From positions 1,792,001 to 1,856,000 of the forward strand of contig CAXXKJ010000002.1 of NCBI GenBank assembly GCA_963675295.2: a stretch of 64,000 nt of DNA, in the 5' to 3' direction. Position numbers and translations under genes: made by a program. Below the pieces are notes generated by a model. That model did no database searches. It saw only the letters and a list, made by a program, of their open reading frames with translations, and had not been told where the DNA came from. The DNA is from a bacterium. GTDB lineage: Bacteria > Electryoneota > Electryoneia > Electryoneales > Electryoneaceae. The first letter of the stretch is position 1. Every line of letters starts with the position of its first letter. Shown here in pieces: positions 20,034-28,421 of the stretch.

Positions 20034-22451
20034 ATGTCTGTCCGTTACGATCAAGCCTCGGATACCCTGAGAGTTTCGGTCACGAATCTTGTCCGTGAAC
20101 GCCGGGCGGCGTCTGCCGCGCTGGCTGGTCCGCAACGCGCCGAACTCGGCCGCAACGCGCACATCCTCCACGCGGAGAAACGTGCGTCTGCGGAGGAAAC
20201 CTACCTTCCGGAACAGCCGGTAGCGTTGGAGCTGACGGTGGACGGCGGCCGTGTGTTGCTGACCGGACGGATCGACGGTGTCTGGACAGAAGCCGGCCAG
20301 ACGATCCTCGAAGAGGTGAAGCTGCGGCCGCTTGGATCAGCCGAGCTGCCGTTGCCCGGCGACATGAAGCAGCTGCTGCTGTACCTCTGGATCTGGCGCA
20401 CGACGCACGCCAACGAACCCGCCCCAGCCGGACGATTGACCTACCTCGATCCGCTTAGAGGATCCATTGACGAACACGTGGTCGAGCGCTCGATCCACCT
20501 GCTGGACGAACTGCATGTCGAGGTCCACCAGCGACTGACTCTGATCTTGCGGTATGAGCGCGCCGAGGCGGCGCGGTTGGCCGAACGCAGGCGGCATGCC
20601 GGCGCGATTGTGTGGCCGTGGCCGGATAAGCGTCCGTTGCAGACGGAGATGGAAGAGGTGGTTGCGGAGGCGGTGCGTGGCAAACGTCACCTGCTGCTGG
20701 AAGCGCCGACCGGTTCCGGCAAGACGGGGCCAATCCTGTTGACGGCCTACCGGGAGTGTTTGCGTCATGGTTGGCGGCTGGCGTACGCGACTTCGCGCAC
20801 TTCGCAGCAGGCTGACCGGCTGGCGTTGATTGACGCGGCGACGGGTGGTGACCCGGAAGCGGATGACAATGCTGGGGACACTTTGAGGACAAAGTGTCCC
20901 CAGCAGATCGCCCGCGGTCGGGTGCTGTTGTTGGGCTCGCAGGCACGGCTGGGCGCGGCGTCGCCGAACGAGCGCGAGGACGATCCGATTGACCGGTACG
21001 ACGCGCCTCAGTGGCTGGTTGAACGATTGAACCATCCCGACGCGATCACACCGGACGAGGTCAAGTCGCTGGGCGAGGAACACGGGATCGATCCGGGTAT
21101 CGTGCAGAGCGCGTTCGCGCGGGAGGCGGACGTGTTGATCGGGGACGTCAACCTGTTTGTCCGTCGCGGTGGACGGTACAGCGGCTGGTTCGACCCGGGC
21201 CGGTTCGCGCGTCCGACGGTGTTGCTGGTCGACGAAGCGCACGGTGTGGTCGATCGGGTGCGGGATCAGCATGCCGGGCGGGTGCGGATGAAGGACATCG
21301 CCCGGATCGCGGACGAGGCCGACTTTCACAACGCGCCGTGGGGGGATGAGGTGCTGGGCGTGCTCGATACGTTGGCCGAACGGCTGGACACCCGCCTGCG
21401 TGATCTCGATGATCGGATGATATCCCACGAGCGCATCGACCCGGACGATCCCGATTTCGCGCAGCCGCTCGAACGGTTGGCGTTGCTGTCGCCGGCGTTG
21501 TTCGCCGCCGGGGTGACGGGTGAAACGCGGGAGCTGCTGCGTCACCTGCTCAACGCGGCTGCGGCGGCGCGTGAACCGCATGCGTTTTCCGCCTACATCG
21601 AGACGAAATCCGCCGGTGTGTTCTGGGAGCTGATGGATTCGGCGCATGTGCTGCGTCCGGTGTGGGAGTCGACACGCTCAACCATCCTGTTTTCGGCGAC
21701 TCTCGCGCCGCTGGACCTGACCGCGCACCAGCTCGGCTTGCCGACACGGGATTGCGAACGATTGAGCCTCGTGCCGCCGGTGGACAGTTCCGCGCGCACC
21801 GTGATCCGGTATGTCGGGCTGTCAACAACATGGCGCAGGCGCGAGGAAACGCTCGGCGAGTTGTGCGAGCTGCTGGTAAATGCGGCTCAGGCGACGGACG
21901 GCGCATGGCTGGTATTCTTCCCGTCGCGGTCATACCTCGAGCAGGCGCGGACGGCGTTGGTGTACCATCCGGTGTCGGTGACCGAATTGCAGGCCGGGCT
22001 GACTGTGGCGATGCTCAAGTTCCTCGACCGGGAAGCGGGACCGAGGCTGCACCTCGCGGTGCTGGGTGGCAAGTACGCCGAGGGATTTGATCCGCCGACC
22101 GGGTTGTACACCGGCGCGGCGGTGGTCTCGTTGGGCATTCCGCCGCCGAACGCACGCGACGAACTGCTCAGTCTGTACGAGGGGCAGGACGAGGAGGCGA
22201 CGGTGTCGCCCTACCTGGTGCAGGGGATACGGCGGATCCGTCAGGCGGGGGGACGCCTGTTCCGTTCGCCGGATCAGGCGGGGGTGTTGCTGCTGATCGA
22301 TCACCGTTACCAGGAGCCGCAGGTGGAGGCGTTACTCGGCGAGGAATGGGCGGCAAGTGACCTGGTGGACGATGCGGCAGTGCTGCACGACTTCCTCACC
22401 GACTGGAAAAGCGATCATCCGTCTCAGGCTGGAGCGGGCGGTGATGGCTGA
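20034..22451 (+). CDS. PD-(D/E)XK nuclease fused to a DinG/XPD-family helicase
   Basis: GRIDG..EEVK..QLLLY; APTGSGKT; VDEAH; FSATL; FFPS; AEGFD; QAGGRLFRS. Confidence 0.85.
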   Translation: MSVRYDQASDTLRVSVTNLVRERRAASAALAGPQRAELGRNAHILHAEKRASAEETYLPEQPVALELTVDGGRVLLTGRIDGVWTEAGQTILEEVKLRPLGSAELPLPGDMKQLLLYLWIWRTTHANEPAPAGRLTYLDPLRGSIDEHVVERSIHLLDELHVEVHQRLTLILRYERAEAARLAERRRHAGAIVWPWPDKRPLQTEMEEVVAEAVRGKRHLLLEAPTGSGKTGPILLTAYRECLRHGWRLAYATSRTSQQADRLALIDAATGGDPEADDNAGDTLRTKCPQQIARGRVLLLGSQARLGAASPNEREDDPIDRYDAPQWLVERLNHPDAITPDEVKSLGEEHGIDPGIVQSAFAREADVLIGDVNLFVRRGGRYSGWFDPGRFARPTVLLVDEAHGVVDRVRDQHAGRVRMKDIARIADEADFHNAPWGDEVLGVLDTLAERLDTRLRDLDDRMISHERIDPDDPDFAQPLERLALLSPALFAAGVTGETRELLRHLLNAAAAAREPHAFSAYIETKSAGVFWELMDSAHVLRPVWESTRSTILFSATLAPLDLTAHQLGLPTRDCERLSLVPPVDSSARTVIRYVGLSTTWRRREETLGELCELLVNAAQATDGAWLVFFPSRSYLEQARTALVYHPVSVTELQAGLTVAMLKFLDREAGPRLHLAVLGGKYAEGFDPPTGLYTGAAVVSLGIPPPNARDELLSLYEGQDEEATVSPYLVQGIRRIRQAGGRLFRSPDQAGVLLLIDHRYQEPQVEALLGEEWAASDLVDDAAVLHDFLTDWKSDHPSQAGAGGDG
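20870..20905. repeat. Family A hairpin inside the helicase ORF (36 bp, frame-preserving)
   Basis: tgctggggacactttg-agga-caaagtgtccccagca, perfect 16-bp arms. Confidence 0.9.
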
Positions 22452-22558
22452 ACCTGAGCGCAAACGTGGCGAGCGGCGGTGCTGGAGTGTACCTTGCAGG
22501 ATACAGTGAAAATGCACCGGCACGGGGAAGGCGCAAGGTGGATAAGGATTCGACTGTA

Positions 22559-23008
22559 ATGGATGAGACGGAGAAAAGGCCGGACGATCCGCTGCACGTG
22601 GACGCGGACTCCGAGTTGCTGGACGACGAAACCGCCAGTTCGGAAGACGCGGAAGGCGGTAAGATCGGCGGCAAGGTGAAGCGCACCGCCAGCCGTGTCG
22701 CGGGCAGTGTGTCCAGCGTGGTCAAGCAGGCGCTGGTCTCGCGGGATCATGTGCTGATGGTTCGGGTCAACGACGAAGCGTTGAACCGGATCAACGACCT
22801 GAAGGACGCCGGATTGTTCCGCAGCCGCAGTGAGGCGGCGGCGTACCTGATCGCCGAGGGGATCGAGGCGAAACAGGATTTGTTTGAACGGATCGGAGAA
22901 CGGATCCGTCAGATTCAGGACATCAAGCAGGAGTTGCGTTCGCTCGCGGGTGAGACGGGTGTAACTCCGGTTGAGGACGAGGATGAACGCCCGGGGGAAG
23001 GCGCATAG
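22559..23008 (+). CDS. Hypothetical protein with a ribbon-helix-helix-like motif
   Basis: VLMVRVNDEALNRINDLKDAGLFRSRSEAAAYLIAEGI resembles CopG/RHH. Confidence 0.6.
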   Translation: MDETEKRPDDPLHVDADSELLDDETASSEDAEGGKIGGKVKRTASRVAGSVSSVVKQALVSRDHVLMVRVNDEALNRINDLKDAGLFRSRSEAAAYLIAEGIEAKQDLFERIGERIRQIQDIKQELRSLAGETGVTPVEDEDERPGEGA

Positions 23009-23023
23009 CAGAGGTGGTGGACG

Positions 23024-24025
23024 ATGCAACGTGTGATTTTGACGACGGCTGTGGCGGGACTGTTGTTGCTGGTGGCGCTGCTTTCGGCGTGCTCGATCAA
23101 CGAAAGCGAGATGGAAGAACTGGGTGCGCTCAAGGTTTCCGCGATGGATACGACCCAGGGTATTACGCTACAATCGGGCCAGGTGCTGGTTGATAATGTG
23201 CCGAGCTCAACCCGGCTGCCGGTCGAGGTCGGTAGCTTGCCCTCGGGGCAGTATGAGGTCACGATTAAACCGGGCCTGCTGTATCCGCCGGCAACAAAAA
23301 CGGTGACCGTCGATCCGCCGGAAACGACGTTCGTCGACTTTCTCTTTTCCGCGGACACTCCGCCGTCCACGCTGACACTCGAGTCGAACACGCCGGACGC
23401 GATGATCGTGATCGATGAGCAGTTCCAGCCGACGGTTGAGATCGGGGTGCCGTTCCTGATCGCAGCCGGTGAACACAGCATTTCCCTGTTCAAGGAAGGC
23501 CATCTCACCAACTCGGCACGGTTGGACCTGACCCTGCTCGAAGAAGAGGAATACACGTACACGATCGACCTGACCGCAGCGGAATACGGCAACCAGACCG
23601 GCGCCCTTTTCCCCGATTTCACCTTCCCCGACGATTGGGGTGGCGAACAGACCCTGGGCCAGTATCGTGGTGATGTCATCCTGATCACGTTCTGGTTTTA
23701 CAACTGCGGACCGTGCCGGGAAGAGTTCCCGACGATTGAAACGGTGTTCCAGGAACGTGCCGCTGATGGGTTCCGCGTGTTGGGCATTAACGTCGGCTGG
23801 TATAACGACGACCAAGCCAAGTTCGAGGCGATCCGCGACGAGCTGAACCTGAGCTTCCCGCTGCTGTTCAACACGAACGGGATCAGTTGGACCACGGATG
23901 ACCTGTTAATCGGCACCGCGCCGACGAATTTCATCATCGCGCCGAGCGGTGAGATTCATGCGCGCCGCGGGCAGTTGACTTACGAAAGCCTGAACGATCT
24001 GATCGACGAAGCGTTGGGGGAGTAA
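23024..24025 (+). CDS. Lipoprotein with PEGA-like domains and a TlpA-family redoxin
   Basis: Lipobox LSAC; FWFYNCGPCREEFP CxxC motif; APTNFII. Confidence 0.85.
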   Translation: MQRVILTTAVAGLLLLVALLSACSINESEMEELGALKVSAMDTTQGITLQSGQVLVDNVPSSTRLPVEVGSLPSGQYEVTIKPGLLYPPATKTVTVDPPETTFVDFLFSADTPPSTLTLESNTPDAMIVIDEQFQPTVEIGVPFLIAAGEHSISLFKEGHLTNSARLDLTLLEEEEYTYTIDLTAAEYGNQTGALFPDFTFPDDWGGEQTLGQYRGDVILITFWFYNCGPCREEFPTIETVFQERAADGFRVLGINVGWYNDDQAKFEAIRDELNLSFPLLFNTNGISWTTDDLLIGTAPTNFIIAPSGEIHARRGQLTYESLNDLIDEALGE

Positions 24026-24032
24026 CGAATAC

Positions 24033-24119
24033 TCGGGGACACTTTCTCCGAAAGTGTCCCCGAATTGCATTTGATTGCATACCTGCCAAAGGGACACTTT
24101 GAGGACAAAGTGTCCCTTT
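24033..24119. repeat. Two tandem family A hairpins
   Basis: 24033-24063 and 24088-24119. Confidence 0.9.
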
Positions 24120-24162
24120 ATTTCAGATCGCAGCAGCCACCTACGTTTCGTAGAGGAATCAA

Positions 24163-25482
24163 GTGCTGAAAACCCGCCGGGCGAGTGGCCGGGAAGTGTT
24201 TTCGTGGTCGTTGTACGACTTCGCGAACTCGGCCTTTGCGACAACCATTCTCGCGGTGATCTTCAACCGGTATTACGCCGGTGTGGTCGCTGGTGGGGAG
24301 TCGGGTGTCGCGGTGCCCTGGTTCGGCGAGACGCTCCAGGTTCCCGGCGCGACGATGTTCACATACGCCGTGACCATCTCGATGCTGCTGGTGGCGGTCA
24401 GCGCGCCGATCCTCGGGGCGTGGTCGGATGCCCGCGCGGCGAAGAAGCGGTTCCTCGCAGTGTATGTCACCCTCGGCGTGCTCGCTACGGCGATGCTCGG
24501 CACCGCCGGTGAAGGCGAGTGGCTCGGCACGGGGTTGTGGTTCGTGCTCGCGAACTTTGCGTTCGCCGGAGGCAACGTCTTCTACAATGCGTTTCTCCCC
24601 GAACTGGCGGACCCGGACGAGATGGGGCGGGTGTCCGGTTTCGGCTGGGGCTTCGGCTACCTCGGCGGCGGGGTGCTGCTCGCGATCAACTTGTTGATGC
24701 TCGAGATGCCCGGGCTGTTCGGCTTCGAGGAAGGCGAGCTGACGGTGCAGCACACGTTCATCTCGGTCGCGATCTGGTGGGCGGTGTTCTCGTTCCCGTT
24801 TTTCATGAACGTGCGCGAACGGGCGGTGCCGGTATCGCAGACGTTCCTCGATGGTGCGAAAGCATCGCTGCAGCGGTTGCGGACGACACTCGGGCGGGTG
24901 CGTGAACACAAGCAGCTGTGGCGTTTCCTGCTCGCCTACCTGTTCTTCAACGACGGGATCGAGACGGTCATCCTGATGGCCGCGATCTACGGCGATCAGG
25001 AGTTGGGGATGGGGCAGGGGCTGCTGGTCGCGTTCTTCCTTCTGATCCAGTTCACGGCGTTCGGCGGCTCATTGCTGTTCGGGCGAATTTCGACGAAGAT
25101 CGGCGTCAAGCCGGCGTTGATGCTCTCGCTCGGGATCTGGTGCCTGGTGGTGATCGACGCGTTTTTCATCGGCTGGACCGGCTATCCGATCACCGAGTAT
25201 TTCGTGCTGGGTGTGGTCGCCGGGCTGGTGATGGGAGCATCCCAGATGCTCGCCCGCACGATGCAGGGCCTGTTCACGCCGCCGGAACGGGAGGCCGAAT
25301 TCTTTGGCTTCTTCGCGGTGTCGGGACGGTTCGCGTCAGTGCTGGGCCCGTTGACCTTCGGCGTCATGGTCGCGATCACCGGCTCGCTGCGGTACGCTAT
25401 ACTGAGTGTAATCGGCTTCTTTCTCCTCGGGCTGCTTTTGCTCAGCTGGGTACGTGCGCCGCGCACCCGTTTAAGCCGATAA
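24163..25482 (+). CDS. MFS transporter (UMF1/Atg22-like)
   Basis: WSLYDFANSAF, FYNAFLP, GWGFGYLGG, FFNDGIET. Confidence 0.9.
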   Translation: MLKTRRASGREVFSWSLYDFANSAFATTILAVIFNRYYAGVVAGGESGVAVPWFGETLQVPGATMFTYAVTISMLLVAVSAPILGAWSDARAAKKRFLAVYVTLGVLATAMLGTAGEGEWLGTGLWFVLANFAFAGGNVFYNAFLPELADPDEMGRVSGFGWGFGYLGGGVLLAINLLMLEMPGLFGFEEGELTVQHTFISVAIWWAVFSFPFFMNVRERAVPVSQTFLDGAKASLQRLRTTLGRVREHKQLWRFLLAYLFFNDGIETVILMAAIYGDQELGMGQGLLVAFFLLIQFTAFGGSLLFGRISTKIGVKPALMLSLGIWCLVVIDAFFIGWTGYPITEYFVLGVVAGLVMGASQMLARTMQGLFTPPEREAEFFGFFAVSGRFASVLGPLTFGVMVAITGSLRYAILSVIGFFLLGLLLLSWVRAPRTRLSR

Positions 25483-25651
25483 TAGATGCGGGGACGATCG
25501 CCGGAAGCTGACAGGCTTTCCCGCTGCTCGGAGGGTTTCGGAGGGTGTGTGGTCTCGGTGTTGCCCGGATTGCGGGTCTGAACATGCGGCCCCTATATTG
25601 GCCGGTACGTTTCAAGAAACAATGAACTAGACTGCAGGACGGATCCCAGCG

Positions 25652-26044
25652 TTGAAAAAGGACAATTCAAGTTCAGCCGGTCGGATCATGATCGTGGATG
25701 ACGAATCGGACATCAGCGATTTCCTCTCCACGTTCTTCCAGATGAAGGGCTACGAGACCTTTGTCGCGAATAGTGGGAAGAAAGCGATTGAAGGACTGCC
25801 CTCGTTTAATCCGCATGTGATTCTGCTCGATGTGCGCATGCCGGACATGGACGGTCTGGAAACCTTGAAGATGATCCGTGAGATGGACGACAAGGTCGGC
25901 GTGATCATGGTGACCGCGGTTCACGAGATGAACATCGGCCGGGAAGCTCTTTCACTCGGTGCGGCGGATTTCGTGACAAAGCCGGTAGATCTTGAGTATC
26001 TTGAGACGACAGTGATGGTCAAGCTGGTGAGCTTGATCCAATAG
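25652..26044 (+). CDS. Single-domain response regulator
   Basis: IVDDE, LLDVRMP, MVTA, FVTKP. Confidence 0.92.
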   Translation: MKKDNSSSAGRIMIVDDESDISDFLSTFFQMKGYETFVANSGKKAIEGLPSFNPHVILLDVRMPDMDGLETLKMIREMDDKVGVIMVTAVHEMNIGREALSLGAADFVTKPVDLEYLETTVMVKLVSLIQ

Positions 26045-26081
26045 CAGGTTTCGGGACGGTTGACGTTCCGGGGAGACATCC

Positions 26082-26279
26082 ATGTTCGTACCCATGTACA
26101 TCCCGGGCCACTGGGAAATCATGATCATCGTGTTCGCCATCCTGGTGTTGTTCGGCGGACGCAAGATCCCGGAGATGATGAAGGGCATCGGCACCGGCAT
26201 CAAGGAATTCAAGAAAGGTGTCCGTGACGACGAACCGGAGAAAGAGATCACGGACGATTCCGCGAAGGAGAAGAACTGA
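26082..26279 (+). CDS. tatA: Twin-arginine translocase subunit TatA
   Basis: LFGGRKIPE..GIGTGIKEFKKG. Confidence 0.93.
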   Translation: MFVPMYIPGHWEIMIIVFAILVLFGGRKIPEMMKGIGTGIKEFKKGVRDDEPEKEITDDSAKEKN

Positions 26280-26318
26280 CGCGGATACCGGGGCCGGTTG
26301 TTTACAGGTTTACCACGC

Positions 26319-26350
26319 AAAGGATGGTTGAGCGATCAACCATCCTTTTT
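26319..26350 (+). terminator. Intrinsic terminator after tatA
   Basis: aaaggatggttga-gcga-tcaaccatccttttt. Confidence 0.8.
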
Positions 26351-26399
26351 CTGTGTTGGGTTGGGTCGGGGGGAAACTGTGACCTCGGCGGGAGGTTGC

Positions 26400-26578
26400 G
26401 GGGACATCTTGGGCACAGCTCGTTCTGGTTGTCGTTGTCGGGTACGAGGTCGCTGCTGTGGGATATCACATCGGGAACCGGCGGCTTGTGCCCCAGATGT
26501 CCCCTGTTGTGTTCTCAGGACTCAAGACTCAATCTGGTGTTGTTTTTCCTCGCACCTCACACCTCATACCTCACACCT
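26400..26578. repeat. Long-loop family A variant plus heptamer tail
   Basis: ggggacatcttgggcaca...tgtgccccagatgtcccc (26400-26504), then ctcagga/ctcaaga and cctcaca repeats. Confidence 0.75.
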
Positions 26579-26582
26579 GCCC

Positions 26583-28136
26583 TTACTGATGTTCATCCCG
26601 CAGCAGATCGTTTACCGTTTTCACCGGATTGAAGGTGCGTGCGGGCACTTCGACGAAGACGGTCAGCCAGTCCGCCATCGACCCGTTCCACAGGCCGGGC
26701 AGCTCCAGCGCTTTGAGGTCACGTCCATCCTTGGATTTCTGTGAGATGAAGGCGGTTGACGGATCGACGTACGTGTCCAGATCGTAGCTGTTGCCGTGAT
26801 GGTCACGCAGGCAACAGACGAGATCGACGGGATTGAAGTGCGTTGACGATTCGAGGATCGCCTTCTGCTGATCGTCGGATGTGTCGATCTGAACGGTTTC
26901 CACGATCTGCCGGTCGATACTGCCGTCCGAGCGCTTCACCCAGAACGGTCCCCCGCCCGGCTCGCCTTCGTTGATCACCATCCCGCAGACACGGAATGGC
27001 CGGTTAAGCGTGCTATGCAGCACCTGCACGCGGTCCTCAGTGCTCAGGTTTTCCCAGTTCGCCAGTTGAACGTCGAGTTCGTCCATCACGAACCGTCCGA
27101 TCTCGTCGAGGCGTGACGGTTCCGGGCATTCCTGCTCGAGGTCACGCAGCGCCTGGTCACGATTGGCCAGCAACTGCGCGGCGTAGCCGCCGAGTTCGCG
27201 TTTCTCGGTGAGGGTGGTCTGCACCTGCGCAGGCGGGACGACGTTGTCGACGTTCTTGATGTAGACGATGTCGGCGTCGAGGTCATTCAAGTTCTTCAGC
27301 AGCGCGCCGTGCCCGCCGGGCCGGAAGAGCAGGCGGCCGTCGTTGTCACGGAACGGCTGGTTCTCGAGGTCGGCGGCGATGGTGTCGGTGGACGGCGACT
27401 GCACGCTGAAGGAGACGTCGAAACGGGTGGTTCCGTAGCGCGCGCCCACGGTTTCGGCTTCCGCTTGAAAGCCGTCCCGGTGTTCCGGTGAAACGGTGAA
27501 GTGCAGTGCGGCGGCGCTATTGCCGGATTTAACCGTTTCATGCGCTTCGAGGAAATGTTCGGCGAGCGGTGTGCGCAGGTCATCTCCCACCCGGTGAAAC
27601 GCGATCAATCCCTTCGGCAACTGGGCAAGGTTCAAGCCATCGTCGGTCAGCAACGCGGCGAGGATAGCTCGGTAGTCACCCGAATCGTAGACCTCTTCAA
27701 GATCCTGTCCACGTTGGGCGAAAACATCCGCCAGTTGCGGGTAGAACGCGAACTTGTCGAGGTTGCCGAAAAAGGTGAGGCCGAACTCGGCGTCTTTGTC
27801 ACCAACTTTAGCGCGGGACTTGAGAGCGTTGTCGTTGAGCTCACGGTCGTCACCGAGCAGCGCGAGTAACGCCTTGAACATCCGCGATGCGGCCCCGGAG
27901 GCCGGGACGAACTTGCTGAACCGTCCCGCGGCAGCGGCTGCTTCGTGCGCACGTATCGCGGCGGCACGTTCGCCATCGTCCAGCCGCTTGATGCCGTCGC
28001 CGACGGTGCACGCTCGGTCGAGCACGGTGAACGGGACACCGTCCGCGAAGCGCTGCAATTGCTGGCGGATGGCGTCTTCGGTCAGCCCGTGGTCACGGAG
28101 TTGCTGTTTGTCCTGTTCGCTCAGGTTCAGGTTCAT
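26583..28136 (-). CDS. DUF4301 family protein (nucleotidyltransferase-like)
   Basis: KFVPASGAASRMFK, FRPGGHGAL, GEPGGGPFWV, THFNPVD, LELPGLWNG. Confidence 0.9.
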   Translation of the reverse strand: MNLNLSEQDKQQLRDHGLTEDAIRQQLQRFADGVPFTVLDRACTVGDGIKRLDDGERAAAIRAHEAAAAAGRFSKFVPASGAASRMFKALLALLGDDRELNDNALKSRAKVGDKDAEFGLTFFGNLDKFAFYPQLADVFAQRGQDLEEVYDSGDYRAILAALLTDDGLNLAQLPKGLIAFHRVGDDLRTPLAEHFLEAHETVKSGNSAAALHFTVSPEHRDGFQAEAETVGARYGTTRFDVSFSVQSPSTDTIAADLENQPFRDNDGRLLFRPGGHGALLKNLNDLDADIVYIKNVDNVVPPAQVQTTLTEKRELGGYAAQLLANRDQALRDLEQECPEPSRLDEIGRFVMDELDVQLANWENLSTEDRVQVLHSTLNRPFRVCGMVINEGEPGGGPFWVKRSDGSIDRQIVETVQIDTSDDQQKAILESSTHFNPVDLVCCLRDHHGNSYDLDTYVDPSTAFISQKSKDGRDLKALELPGLWNGSMADWLTVFVEVPARTFNPVKTVNDLLRDEHQ

Positions 28137-28421
28137 GGTGATCGCCGTAAGGAATCTGGTTGCTGGTTGTCTCGAATGTCGAGGCGAAGATAGAACGCCG
28201 TTCGGGTGGCAAGAGAGGTGTGGAAATGTTTGTGGCGTGTTCGAGAGACGCGGTCCTCTCCGAGGCGGAAACCGCGAAAACGTTACGGACGCCAGGATTC
28301 ACGGGTCGGTAATCGTTGCTTTATTCACCGGGGATTCTGTACCTTTCTTCACAAAGTTTTTTGGGATTATGCTCGGATGGGGTGTAAGGCTGCCTCTCCG
28401 ATGGGCGGAAGGACCCGGTGC

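Noticed and set aside
20034-20600. Cas4/CasDinG interpretation of the nuclease-helicase
   Set aside because: No Cas4 cysteine cluster, no other cas genes and no array; it fits a stand-alone nuclease-DinG fusion.
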